DNA of 64,000 nucleotides from Candidatus Latescibacterota bacterium (GTDB taxonomy: Bacteria; Latescibacterota; UBA2968; GCA-2709665): the NCBI GenBank assembly GCA_965205485.1, contig OZ242180.1, positions 1,824,001 through 1,888,000 on the forward strand, given 5' to 3'. Shown in pieces: positions 9,463 to 19,356 of the stretch. The position numbers and the translations under genes are program-made. Under the pieces are notes generated by a model. The model worked only from the letters and a program-made list of their open reading frames with translations. It did not search any database and was not told the DNA's origin. Position 1 is the first letter of the stretch. Every line of letters starts with the position of its first letter.

Positions 9463-9590
9463 GGGCGAAGAGACGAGAATACGAGAATACGAACAGACGA
9501 GAAAGCCGGAAGACGAGTGATGGATTCCCGCTTTTTCGTAGTTTCACTTCTTTCGTAGTTTCGTACCGCGATAGGACTCAGGAGGGTGAA

Positions 9591-10742
9591 TTGGCAAGGC
9601 ATGTGGTAATCTTCTTTATTTTTCTGGTGTTCCTTTCGCCGAGCCTTGAAGCTGCGCCACCGGAGATTCGTCCGGCGCTGGCCGCATTCATCGACGGCCG
9701 GTATGCCGATGCCGAGGACAGTCTGAAGAACCTGCTCAAGCAGCCCGGGACCGACCGCGCGCGGATCTGCTATCTGCTGGGCCGCATCAATACATGGGAA
9801 GGGGACGTCGAGGCGGGATTCGATTGGTTCAAGAAGGCCGTCGAGTCAAATCCGGAATCGGCCGACTATCAATACTGGCTGGGGATGGTTTACGGCGCGA
9901 GGGCGCAGCGCGCCGGCATTTTCGGGAAGCCCGGCAAGGCCCGCCGCGCCCGCAAGGCGTTTGAGAAGGCGGTTCGTCTGGATCCCGATCACTTCGCCGC
10001 ACGTACCAAGCTGGTGGAGTACCATCTCTTCGCGCCGGGCATTTTGGGCGGCAGCAAGGATAAAGCGCTGAAACAGGCCGCGGAGATCGCATCCCGGAAC
10101 CCGATGGAAGGGCACATGGCGCAGGCCATCATCCACGCGAAGGAAAAGGCGCAGGACAAACGGGAAAAATCCTACCTCGATGCGGTCGCGTCTGCGAACG
10201 GCGACGTCCGCCCGGTGATCTCACTGGCGACGCACTATCTCCGCGACGAACGGCGACGCGACGCGATCCGGGTCTACGAGACGTTTCTGGAGTCCCATCC
10301 CAACCGTAGCCCGATTCTGCGGCGATTGAGCAACCTGTATCGGCTGGAGAAGGAAAACGAAAAGGCGTTGGAGGCCGCTCGTCGCAGCCTTGAAATGGCG
10401 ACGGAAGCGCTCGCAGCGCTGGCGGCCGATTCACACCCGGGCGTTCAATCTTTCGAGAAAGCGCTGACGGCCGAGGGATTTCGGCTTCAGGCCCTCTATG
10501 CGATCGGCAGGTTCTCCGCCCTGACCGGGATGGAACTGGATCTGGGATTTGAATCGCTGACGACCTATCTTCGCCAACAGCCGGCGCGATGGAAGTTCGC
10601 ACGCATAAACGGACTCTACAGGCTGGGCCGTATCTACGCGCGCCAGGGAAGACAGGACCGCGCGCGCGACGCGTACAGGAACGTCCTGAAATTGAATAAA
10701 GACCATAAGGGCGCGAGAAAAGCGCTGGAGAAACTGGAGTAA
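9591..10742 (+). CDS. Secreted tetratricopeptide-repeat protein
   Basis: GGAGG RBS before the TTG at 9591; signal peptide ending LEA-A; multiple TPR motifs. Confidence 0.85.
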   Translation: MARHVVIFFIFLVFLSPSLEAAPPEIRPALAAFIDGRYADAEDSLKNLLKQPGTDRARICYLLGRINTWEGDVEAGFDWFKKAVESNPESADYQYWLGMVYGARAQRAGIFGKPGKARRARKAFEKAVRLDPDHFAARTKLVEYHLFAPGILGGSKDKALKQAAEIASRNPMEGHMAQAIIHAKEKAQDKREKSYLDAVASANGDVRPVISLATHYLRDERRRDAIRVYETFLESHPNRSPILRRLSNLYRLEKENEKALEAARRSLEMATEALAALAADSHPGVQSFEKALTAEGFRLQALYAIGRFSALTGMELDLGFESLTTYLRQQPARWKFARINGLYRLGRIYARQGRQDRARDAYRNVLKLNKDHKGARKALEKLE

Positions 10743-10774
10743 GTACAATAGTCTACTAACAGGAGGACACGTCC

Positions 10775-11833
10775 ATGTCAAAACCCGAATACCGCGCGGT
10801 GATTATCGGCCTGACCGGCATTGGCGCAAGGCGGCCCGAGGAAGATGGGCGCCTGCCGGTTTACGGCCCGATGCCCGGCTCGCACGCCGCCGCGTACGAT
10901 CGGCATCCTCAGACCCGGGTGGTGGGTGCGTGCGACCTCAGGGCGGAGGCGCTGGCGGATTTCAAAGACCAGTGGGGAGACGTGTGGCCGCATGCGGGTC
11001 TCTATACCGATTACCGGGAGATGCTGGAAGTGGAGAAGCCGGACCTGGTGAGCGTGGCGACTTCGGACCACGTTCACGCCGAAATGACCGTGGATGCCGC
11101 CGAGAGCGGAGCGCTTGCCATCCTGTGCGAAAAGCCGATCGCCACCTCGCTGGAAGACGCGGACCGGATGATCGCCGCCGCCGAAGCCAACGGCGTACTG
11201 CTCTCGATCGAGCACACCAGGCGGTGGAATCCGAGCTATCTCGAGGCGCGAGAGATCATTCGAAGGGGGGAGATCGGACCGCTGCGAACGGTTGTGTGCG
11301 AGCAGTTCAGCCGCCGGGCGATGATGTTCCGGAACGGCACTCACCTGCTGGACATGATCTGCTTCTTCGCCGAGGCCAATCCGCTGTGGCTCGCGGCCGA
11401 ACTCGAAGAGGGGTTCGAGCATTTCACCGAATACAAGGGGGACGGCGGGAAAGATCCGGCCGTCGATCCGTACGCATCGGCGTACATCCGGTTCGACAAC
11501 GGCGTGAGGGCGTTCTACAATGCCTTTAAAGTGAATTATCCCGGTTCGCAGTTCTCGCTGACGTGCGAGGATGGACGCATCGAGATTTCCGACCGGGGCG
11601 CATCCCTGATCCGGAGCAGGTCGCACTACGAGTCGTCCACGTCACCCATTCTGTCCGGGAAATACGCCATGGAGAACCAGACGGCCGCGGTGGGAGAACT
11701 CATCCGGGTACTCGAGGAAGGCGGCGACCTGGTTTCGCCCGCGCGGGAGGCGCGCAAGACAGTGGCGATTATGATGGGGATCCTGAAGTCGCACCACGGC
11801 GGGAACTGCCGGGTCGAATTCCCTTTGCCGTGA
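10775..11833 (+). CDS. Gfo/Idh/MocA family oxidoreductase
   Basis: Rossmann IIGLTGIG; CEKP; NGTHLLD. Confidence 0.92.
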   Translation: MSKPEYRAVIIGLTGIGARRPEEDGRLPVYGPMPGSHAAAYDRHPQTRVVGACDLRAEALADFKDQWGDVWPHAGLYTDYREMLEVEKPDLVSVATSDHVHAEMTVDAAESGALAILCEKPIATSLEDADRMIAAAEANGVLLSIEHTRRWNPSYLEAREIIRRGEIGPLRTVVCEQFSRRAMMFRNGTHLLDMICFFAEANPLWLAAELEEGFEHFTEYKGDGGKDPAVDPYASAYIRFDNGVRAFYNAFKVNYPGSQFSLTCEDGRIEISDRGASLIRSRSHYESSTSPILSGKYAMENQTAAVGELIRVLEEGGDLVSPAREARKTVAIMMGILKSHHGGNCRVEFPLP

Positions 11834-11840
11834 GGGGTGG

Positions 11841-12917
11841 CTAGATAGTCACCGTCTGCCCTCCCGCGCGTAGAGATCGGACCCCGGCCTCGGCTACGCG
11901 CATGGCATTGAGGCCGTCCTCCTGAGTCACGCTGAAGGGTTCGTCTTTCAGGCAGCGGTCGACGAAATACGCGAGTTCCCGTTTGTACGACGGTCCGAAC
12001 CGCTCGATGAATACCGGGACTTCCCCGCCGTAATCTCTCATCCGGAAGTCCTTCTTTTCAAAAACGCCTCCCCGGTCGTACGCTTCCACCGTCACCCGCA
12101 GCGGATCTTCCTGGAAGTGACCCACGTGGATGAGCCCGCCCCCTCCGTAGATCCACGTTTCGTTGCGATACCCGGCCACGTGGTTTCTGCTCACCTGGAC
12201 CTGCGCGATAACGTCGCCGGGAAACGTCATATGCAGGTGCGCGTCGTCGAAATCCTCCTTCACGGTCGTTACTCTGAAGTTGTGCAGGTTTGCACCTGTG
12301 GCGCCGACCCGTTCCGGAAGCGCGCCAAGAAGCCAGATCGCTTCGTCGATGTTATGCACGGCCATGTCCGGCACGATGCCCGGGCTGTTGTAGCCCACCG
12401 GCGGCGGGTGCGGGTCTTCGAGGACGGAGACGACCTTGAACGGGTCGCCGATAGCGTTCCGGTCCAGCAGGGATTTCGCATGGAGCAGCGGCTCGTCGAA
12501 GCGCCTCATAAAGGCCTGCATCAGGGCCTGCTTTTTCGTATTATCTCTCGACAGGTATCTGACGAAGTCGGCTGCGGCCTCGACCGAACCGGTAAGGGGC
12601 TTTTCGAGCATCACGCGGCAGCCCGCATCGATCAGCGTCCGGGCGTCGGATTCGTGGTCTTCGGTCCTCGAAGCCACAACGGCCGCGTCGATCAGCCCGG
12701 CGTCCGCCAGGTCCCGCGTGCTCTTGAAGGCGCGGATTTCGGACGCCTGGTTCTTCCGGAGATTGCGGGCGACGTCTTCGGCGGTGTCGCCGTAGCGGTC
12801 AACCACGGCGACAAGCTCGCAGGTACCCGCTGTTTCGCCCAGTTCCTGGACGTGCCTGGCGTGGAAAACGCCGATGCGCCCCACGCCCACAACCGCGAGT
12901 TTCAAGGGTTTGTTCAT
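11841..12917 (-). CDS. Gfo/Idh/MocA oxidoreductase (inositol 2-dehydrogenase-like)
   Basis: GVGRIG; LEKP; FMRRFD; DMAVHNID. Confidence 0.92.
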   Translation of the reverse strand: MNKPLKLAVVGVGRIGVFHARHVQELGETAGTCELVAVVDRYGDTAEDVARNLRKNQASEIRAFKSTRDLADAGLIDAAVVASRTEDHESDARTLIDAGCRVMLEKPLTGSVEAAADFVRYLSRDNTKKQALMQAFMRRFDEPLLHAKSLLDRNAIGDPFKVVSVLEDPHPPPVGYNSPGIVPDMAVHNIDEAIWLLGALPERVGATGANLHNFRVTTVKEDFDDAHLHMTFPGDVIAQVQVSRNHVAGYRNETWIYGGGGLIHVGHFQEDPLRVTVEAYDRGGVFEKKDFRMRDYGGEVPVFIERFGPSYKRELAYFVDRCLKDEPFSVTQEDGLNAMRVAEAGVRSLRAGGQTVTI

Positions 12918-13036
12918 TGTCTGAACGGTCTCCTGGAGAAGGGCCGGATGGACAGGAAGACTTCAATCGGCGGCTTCAAAATTAGGAAACTCACCGGCGA
13001 GATGCAAGCAATCAGCAGTAAGCTAAATTCGAAGAT

Positions 13037-13100
13037 GGGCTCACACGAAGACACAAAGGCACAAAGTGAAAGGCGGGCGACCACAAGGGTCGCCCCTACA
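13037..13100 (-). repeat. GTAG-type REP GTAGGGGCGACCCTTGTGGTCGCCC plus CTTTGTGTCTTCGTG arm
   Basis: Reverse complement matches 20519-20609. Confidence 0.85.
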
Positions 13101-13155
13101 AATACAACGATAGCGCGTAACCCAACGAAATCGATTCGTGGTTGGAGGAGACGAG

Positions 13156-16100
13156 ATGGTCAGAATGCCTGTGAAGGGTGAGGTCGTGGAGGATGAACCG
13201 GCGCTGCGGGCGCTGTACGAGGGTTTACATCTTCGCGACCCGCTGCCGGATCACGAGCCGGACAGGTACGCGCGCGCCGCGCGGTTCCACGAAGACGTGA
13301 TCGGCGGCGGCAAGCGGCAGGGGCTGGCGGGCATCTACAATCGCGGGGACCTGGAGCGCGCCCGGCGAAACGCGGAGCGGCTGGACTGGGCACGGGACAT
13401 GGTGGACCGGATCGTACGGGATGCCGACTTCTGGGCGAGGTTCTCCGATGAGACGCTCTTTGCGATGGTGCCCACGCAGAATCCCATGGCGTTGACCGTG
13501 GCCCAGTACGACGGGTGTCCGATTCACGGCGGCAACCGGTCCACGCTCGAAGGCGATCTCCTGCATCCGTACCAGTGGCGGTGCAATCTGGGCGGCGAGT
13601 GGTGGTACCATGGCATCGAGGTCGTCAATCCGGGCACTGGAGTGCCGGTTCGGATGGTGGACGACGGACCGGGGTGGACGGCCCCCCCGGGATTCCCGAA
13701 CTCCGGCGTGACGTACTACTTCGTCGGCGCGTACCGGTGTTATCTGCTATATCGTTTGTTTTCCAGCCCCTACGCTCCTCAAACGGGCGAGGGGCACCAG
13801 GGACGACCCGCCTCCCAGGCGCTGGCCCTGGCCTACGCGTTTACGGGTGAACGCAAGTACGCACATAAGGCAGGGGTCCTGCTGAACCGGCTGGCCGACG
13901 TGTACGGGAGGCTGCAGGGCATCAAGGAGGGGTACGAGGCCTACGATCGGAGCAAGGATCCCATTCGGGGCTACGTCGGTGAGGCGTCCGGACGGGAGCA
14001 GTCCTTCCTGCACAACGTGGCGCTGACGTACGATCTCGTCTTTGAGGCCATAGGGGAGGACGAAGACCTGGTGGGATTCTTCGAGGCCAGGGACGGAAGG
14101 GGCGGACCGGAGGCAACGTCAGATATCAACTTTAACATCCACCGGAACCTGTTCGCGTATGCCTACGAGTTTCTGGACCGCACGCTGCCTATCGCCGGCG
14201 GCGATTTTCTGACGTCGTCGCTCTACTGCCTGCTCGAAGTCGGGGCCTGCATGCAGAACGGTGCGATGATCCGGCAGGCCCTGGAAGCGCCTACGGGTCT
14301 CTACAACGTGATGTCCAACAGCTTCTTTCGGGACGGGAAGTTCTGGTACGACTCGATCGGCTACGGCGCGGGCAACATCCGGGGGGCGCTGAATGCCGCC
14401 GAATGGACCCTCGGGTTTCAGGATGGGGAGTACTTCACGTCGCCGGTCGACCTGTATCGCGACCCGAAGTTCCGGCTTCGGGAGATGATGGAATTCGCGA
14501 GCGCGGTGGACTGCGACGGCCGTGTGCCCATGATCGGGGACACGGGCGGAGGTCGGAACAGCGTGTTGCGCACGCCGTATTCGCTGGAGGACGAGATCGG
14601 CTACCTGCGTCTGCCGGAGGCGAGGGACCTTTACGCGCACCGGATTCTGGCGGGTACCGGCGGCAACCCGGACGCTGCGCGCAAGGACGGCGACCTCTAT
14701 CTCCTGTTCCACTGCGAACCGTGGAATGAGACAGTGAAGGCGGGACGTGAATCGTCCGGAAGCGACGTGTTGCACGATTCGGGCTTCTGCATCCTGCGCG
14801 CGGGCGATGAACAGGCCGGCCGCCGGCATGTTGTGTTGAATTACGGTAAGGGGAACCGGGGCCACGGGCATATGGACAAGCTGGCGGTGAATATCATCGC
14901 GTTCGGCTACGATCTGTCCGCGGACCTGGGCTATCCACCAAGCTGGGTGGCGCCAAAGAAGGACGGATGGGAAACGCACACGGCCAGCCATTTTACCGCG
15001 GTCATCGACGGCAGAAACCAGGTTTTCGCAACGGGAAGCCTGAATCTGCTGGTGGAGGGGCCGTGGGTGCGGCTGGCCGATGCGTCCGCCGAACGGGCCT
15101 ATCCGGACCTTGCGAAACTGTACCGGCGGGCGGTGGCTCTGGTTCCGGTGGACGACGAGCGGGCCTACGTGGTCGATCTGTTCCGAGTTTCCGGGGGTTC
15201 GGAACACGACTACAGCTTCCACAGCTGGGCGGGGGAGAATGCGGAACGGTTCGATATCGCACTGTCCGGGGGCGCCTCCTTCGAGAAGCAGGCCGATGGC
15301 ACCCTCGCCGGTCCCGACGTCCCGTTCGGAGAGGCGCCCGGATACGGGTACGTGAAGGACGTGGCGAGGGCCCGCATGGACCGCGGGGTGACGGCAGCCT
15401 GGCGGACGGAGGAAGACGGCGCCGGCATTCGGCTTCATATGACCGGCGAGGCGGGTTCAACGGTGATCACCGGGCTCGCTGAGGGAACGGGACTGCAGGG
15501 CCACAGCCCGTGGGACCGGTACGTCATCGTGCGGCGTTCGGGACGGCACGGGAAGGAAAACCGGTTCGCGGGCGTTCTGGAGCCGTTTTCAGGCAGGCCC
15601 TATATTGACGGGGTCGCGCCGCTGCCGGCCGGAGGACGCACCGCGGGCATGCGGGTCGAGATCGGTAATCGGGTCCACTATATCTTGTTCGGTCTGGATG
15701 GCGTCGCGGAGGGCGAGGTAGACGGCCTGCCGTTCCTGTTCGACGGAGACTGGGCATTCGTGGAACGCGAGGGCGACGCGATCCGGCGGGCGCAGGTCGT
15801 GAACGGAAGGGTGTTCCGTTTCGGAGAGATTGAAATGGAAGGGCCCGGCGAATGGGCGGGACAGGTGCACGCGGTGGATATCGACCGCCGCCGGATCCTC
15901 GTCTCGTCGGGGGTCCCGCTTCCGCTGGACGGCTCGCTGGCGGGGCGGACGGTTGTCATCGCGCATCCCAACTACATCTGTAACTCGTCGTGCGAGATCA
16001 CGGGCATCGAGGATGCGGGCGACGGCCGGTATCTGATCGCGATGGAGGAGATGGACCTGCTGTTGAGCGAGGGACGGATTGCGAGGGTGGAAGGCGCAAC

Positions 16101-16332
16101 GCTGATTACGGACACCCCGATGCTGAAGCTCGAGGTCGTACGCGATTTATTTGACGGAAAGACGATTTCGCACACGCGAGGGCAGACCGGGCCGCGATTG
16201 AAATCGGCTGAGAAGGGCAGGCTTACGCTCGCCGATCCCGGCGAAGCGCCGGCGTTTGCCGGGCAGCCATTCTACATATACGACGTCGCACCCGGGGACT
16301 CCTGGCGGATACCGCATGTGTGGCATATGTAA
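13156..16332 (+). CDS. Heparinase II/III-family (polysaccharide lyase-like) protein
   Basis: GGAGGAG RBS; GHGHMDKL, DLGYP, HTASHFTAVIDG motifs; 1058 aa. Confidence 0.85.
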   Translation: MVRMPVKGEVVEDEPALRALYEGLHLRDPLPDHEPDRYARAARFHEDVIGGGKRQGLAGIYNRGDLERARRNAERLDWARDMVDRIVRDADFWARFSDETLFAMVPTQNPMALTVAQYDGCPIHGGNRSTLEGDLLHPYQWRCNLGGEWWYHGIEVVNPGTGVPVRMVDDGPGWTAPPGFPNSGVTYYFVGAYRCYLLYRLFSSPYAPQTGEGHQGRPASQALALAYAFTGERKYAHKAGVLLNRLADVYGRLQGIKEGYEAYDRSKDPIRGYVGEASGREQSFLHNVALTYDLVFEAIGEDEDLVGFFEARDGRGGPEATSDINFNIHRNLFAYAYEFLDRTLPIAGGDFLTSSLYCLLEVGACMQNGAMIRQALEAPTGLYNVMSNSFFRDGKFWYDSIGYGAGNIRGALNAAEWTLGFQDGEYFTSPVDLYRDPKFRLREMMEFASAVDCDGRVPMIGDTGGGRNSVLRTPYSLEDEIGYLRLPEARDLYAHRILAGTGGNPDAARKDGDLYLLFHCEPWNETVKAGRESSGSDVLHDSGFCILRAGDEQAGRRHVVLNYGKGNRGHGHMDKLAVNIIAFGYDLSADLGYPPSWVAPKKDGWETHTASHFTAVIDGRNQVFATGSLNLLVEGPWVRLADASAERAYPDLAKLYRRAVALVPVDDERAYVVDLFRVSGGSEHDYSFHSWAGENAERFDIALSGGASFEKQADGTLAGPDVPFGEAPGYGYVKDVARARMDRGVTAAWRTEEDGAGIRLHMTGEAGSTVITGLAEGTGLQGHSPWDRYVIVRRSGRHGKENRFAGVLEPFSGRPYIDGVAPLPAGGRTAGMRVEIGNRVHYILFGLDGVAEGEVDGLPFLFDGDWAFVEREGDAIRRAQVVNGRVFRFGEIEMEGPGEWAGQVHAVDIDRRRILVSSGVPLPLDGSLAGRTVVIAHPNYICNSSCEITGIEDAGDGRYLIAMEEMDLLLSEGRIARVEGATLITDTPMLKLEVVRDLFDGKTISHTRGQTGPRLKSAEKGRLTLADPGEAPAFAGQPFYIYDVAPGDSWRIPHVWHM

Positions 16333-16373
16333 AGTTTCGCGTGACCCGGCGCGGGATCGGGGGCAGTGTCCCT

Positions 16374-16524
16374 GGAGCGAGGGCATCCCTGCCCTCGACG
16401 GCCGATTCGCGAGGTCTTGGCGCCGATATTCCAGACCTGGTTTTGGATGGAAGTGAAGCAATATGCCCTTGATGTGTAAATTCGTCGGTAGCTGGAAGTT
16501 CGAGGGCAGGGATGCCCTCGCTCC
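16374..16524. repeat. Inverted REP pair GGAGCGAGGGCATCCCTGCCCTCG with ~100-bp spacer
   Basis: 16374-16397 and its reverse complement at 16501-16524. Confidence 0.9.
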
Positions 16525-16561
16525 GGATATGGGTAGATCATGTCGCGGTTTCTTTGCCTTT

Positions 16562-16685
16562 CTCCCTCTTTCCTTTAGGAGAGAGGGCCGGGGAGAGAGG
16601 TCGGCGCTGGGTGGAGGGGTCGCTTTTGACTTTGCCTTTCGTCTTTCGCTTTTGGCTGAAGGCTGAGAGCTGACAGCTGAGAGCT
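16562..16685 (+). repeat. Composite module: CTCCCTCTTTCCTTTAGGAGAGAGGG hairpin, GCTTTTGACTTTG tract, GCTGACA heptamers
   Basis: First 41 bp identical to 59628-59668; related copies at 21835 and 41975. Confidence 0.85.
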
Positions 16686-16759
16686 TTTCTTCGTGTCTTC
16701 GTGTGAGCTGACTTACGCATTTGCCCCCGCCGTTAGTTGATTCTTGAAAGGGTTTTCCC

Positions 16760-17806
16760 ATGGCCACCATCGATTTTCGCAGGTTTCCTTCAGCTTCCGA
16801 GGTGTATCTCTGCAGAGACTGCGGCTATTTCCCCGTGCTCACCCACGTGGGCGGCGAGGAAATCCTGGCCGTGATCCGCGCCGGGGCCGGTCACGTTGGC
16901 GTTGCCGGTCGGCTGGAGTCGATGCGTTCGACGGACGGCGGGCGCACGTGGGAAGCGCCGGTTGTGATCGTCGATACTCCCGCGGACGACCGGAATCCCG
17001 CGGTTGGCGTTGCGCCCGACGGAGCGATTGTGCTGGCGTACCATGCCCAGGGCTCCTATTTCGACGACGGAAGCTGGATGCCGGAATTGCGAAGGGTGGA
17101 GATGCGCATCGCCCGGTCGCGCGATGGCGGGCGAAGCTGGGAAGACTCCGTTTCTCTCGGATTCCCGGCGATGAAAAAGCACTCCGCGTTCGGCCACATC
17201 GTGACCCTTCCCGGCGGGACGATGCTGCTGCCGCTCTACGGTTCCGATAACGATTCCGCAAACGAAGCGGACGACTGCGCGTATATCCTTCGTTCCGACG
17301 ACAACGGCCGGACCTGGGACCGGCCGTCGCTGATTGCCGAACGGTACAATGAAACGGCCCTGCTCCTGGCGTCCGACGGGGTTCTTCTGGCTGCGATGCG
17401 TTCGGCGGACCGGGGCGGCCTCGTCTCGGTGTGCCGATCCGCGGATGGAGGGTACACCTGGGACGAACCCTCGGAGGTGACCCGGGAGCGGGAACATCCG
17501 GCGGACCTCACGCTGCTGTCCAACGACTGGATTCTGATGGTGTATGGCGTGCGGCACGAACCTTTCGGCGTCCAGGCCCGGGTGAGCAAAGACGCGGGGC
17601 GGGCCTGGACCCGTCCGATGGTCGTGTGCGACGATCTGGGGAACCGCGACCTGGGCTACCCCTCCACCGTCAGGCTGGGAGAACGTCTTGTAACGGCCTA
17701 TTACAGCGCGCCCCGGGTGTGGAACGCAACCAATTACCTGGGCGAGGGCGTTTTTGCGCGCGCGCTTCTCTATAGCGAGGTCGACCTGATCGATGCGTTG
17801 AGTTGA
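16760..17806 (+). CDS. Sialidase/BNR (Asp-box) repeat protein
   Basis: Repeated SxDGGxTW Asp boxes; DLGYPSTV near the C-terminus. Confidence 0.9.
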   Translation: MATIDFRRFPSASEVYLCRDCGYFPVLTHVGGEEILAVIRAGAGHVGVAGRLESMRSTDGGRTWEAPVVIVDTPADDRNPAVGVAPDGAIVLAYHAQGSYFDDGSWMPELRRVEMRIARSRDGGRSWEDSVSLGFPAMKKHSAFGHIVTLPGGTMLLPLYGSDNDSANEADDCAYILRSDDNGRTWDRPSLIAERYNETALLLASDGVLLAAMRSADRGGLVSVCRSADGGYTWDEPSEVTREREHPADLTLLSNDWILMVYGVRHEPFGVQARVSKDAGRAWTRPMVVCDDLGNRDLGYPSTVRLGERLVTAYYSAPRVWNATNYLGEGVFARALLYSEVDLIDALS

Positions 17807-17830
17807 GATGCGGGCAGAAGGGATATCCTG

Positions 17831-19090
17831 ATGGACTATAAACGTAAAATCGCGGAAATCGATTCGCTGATTGAGAAGCATACGGCGTTTCGCGAAAACT
17901 GCCTGAATCTGATCGCCTCGGAAACCAGGCCAAGTCCCCTGGTGGAGCGGCTGATCGCAAACGACTTCGACCACAGGTACGGGTCGTACACCGGAATCGA
18001 TCCGCGGAACCGGGGGTATCCGGGAAATGCGTTTCTCACACAGATGGAGGAGGTCGCGCACGAGCTGGCGAAGCGGCTCTTCGGGGCGGCGTACGTGGAC
18101 TTGCGACCGTTGTCTGGCAATATCGCGGGCATCATCGCGTTGTTCGCGCTTGCAGGACCGGGAGATACCGTCCTGGAAGTGCATAACGGGCACATGTACG
18201 CCGCAAAGCTGGCGAACTCGGACTTGAAGGTGAAATTGACGTCGATTCCGATCCCGTGGGACGAAATGAACGCCAATATCGACCTGGATCGAACGGTTTC
18301 GCTCATCCGGGAGCATCGCCCCGGTCTGGTCAGCATCGGATCGGCGCATTTCATCTTTCCCCAGCCCGTGCGGGAACTGCGGGCCGCGATGGACCGGTAC
18401 AGTCCGGGTTCGTTCCTCGTCTACGATGCGGCCCACGTGATGGGACTCATCGCCGGAGGGCGGTTTCAGTCCCCCCTCGAGGAAGGCGCGGACGTGATTA
18501 TCACCAGTACCCACAAGACACTGGCCGGTCCGCAGGGGGGCATGATTCTGACCAACGACAGGGACGTCGCGGAGCGGATCGCGAAGGCGATATCGCCGCT
18601 GATGATCGCCAACCATCACCTCAGCCGCGTGCCGTCGCTGGCGGGTACCTTCCTGGAGTGGATGGCGTGCGGAGAGGCGCACGCCGATGCGATCATCGGC
18701 AATGCCAAAGCGCTGGGCAGGGCGTTTCAGGAACAGGGCGTGCCGGTGGTGGGCGCGGACCTGGGCTTTACGGAATCTCACACCGTGCTGCCGGTTGTGG
18801 ATGCGTTCGGCGAAAGCGGCGCGCTGGTCAGACAGCTGGAAGCCTGCCATATCCTGCTCAACGCGGCCGGCGCGCCCCGGGAGATGGGGAAACACGGCCT
18901 TCGCATCGGCGTTCAGGAAGTGACGCGTTACGGCATGACGGAGACGGATGCCCCGGAAATCGTCGGCTGCATCCTGGACGTGGTTGGCGAACGGGACCCG
19001 GACGGCGCAAAGGAACGCGCGATCGCGCTCGCCCGGCGGTTCGATACGGTTCGGTTCACCCTGCCGGATATCGACTCGCGATTAACGTAA
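17831..19090 (+). CDS. Serine hydroxymethyltransferase-like PLP enzyme
   Basis: LNLIASE; YDAAHVMGLIAGG; PLP-Lys motif STHKTLAGPQGG; GLRIGVQEVTR. Confidence 0.88.
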   Translation: MDYKRKIAEIDSLIEKHTAFRENCLNLIASETRPSPLVERLIANDFDHRYGSYTGIDPRNRGYPGNAFLTQMEEVAHELAKRLFGAAYVDLRPLSGNIAGIIALFALAGPGDTVLEVHNGHMYAAKLANSDLKVKLTSIPIPWDEMNANIDLDRTVSLIREHRPGLVSIGSAHFIFPQPVRELRAAMDRYSPGSFLVYDAAHVMGLIAGGRFQSPLEEGADVIITSTHKTLAGPQGGMILTNDRDVAERIAKAISPLMIANHHLSRVPSLAGTFLEWMACGEAHADAIIGNAKALGRAFQEQGVPVVGADLGFTESHTVLPVVDAFGESGALVRQLEACHILLNAAGAPREMGKHGLRIGVQEVTRYGMTETDAPEIVGCILDVVGERDPDGAKERAIALARRFDTVRFTLPDIDSRLT

Positions 19091-19117
19091 CGGGGAACGC
19101 TTGTCTCCCCTTTGCCC

Positions 19118-19340
19118 CCGGGACCTCCCCCCCGGGAGCGAGGGCATCCCTGCCCTCGGAACGCCGTAATTATGTATATTTTGGGACAGCCCTTGTGGTT
19201 GCCCGAAGGCGGGTAGACGGTAGAGGTGAGACGGTAGAAGAAGCCATGCCCGGTATGTCTTTCCTCCTTGCCTTCGGCACTAAAAGAACCCTCACGAGGC
19301 AGGTAATCTCTCCCGTCTAACGTCTCCCCTCTCCCCGCTT
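19118..19340 (+). repeat. Repeat stack: GGACCTCCCCC motif, GGAG-REP, degenerate GTAG-REP, 120-bp hairpin element
   Basis: 19118-19167 nearly identical to 20459-20508; hairpin copy at 19209-19340. Confidence 0.85.
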
Positions 19341-19356
19341 TAATAAGGAGAAATCA

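Noticed and set aside
16147..16770. ORFs across intergenic repeat stacks (also 20334-20768, 21334-21912, 41348-41974)
   Set aside because: They are translations of the repeat elements, with no domain signatures.
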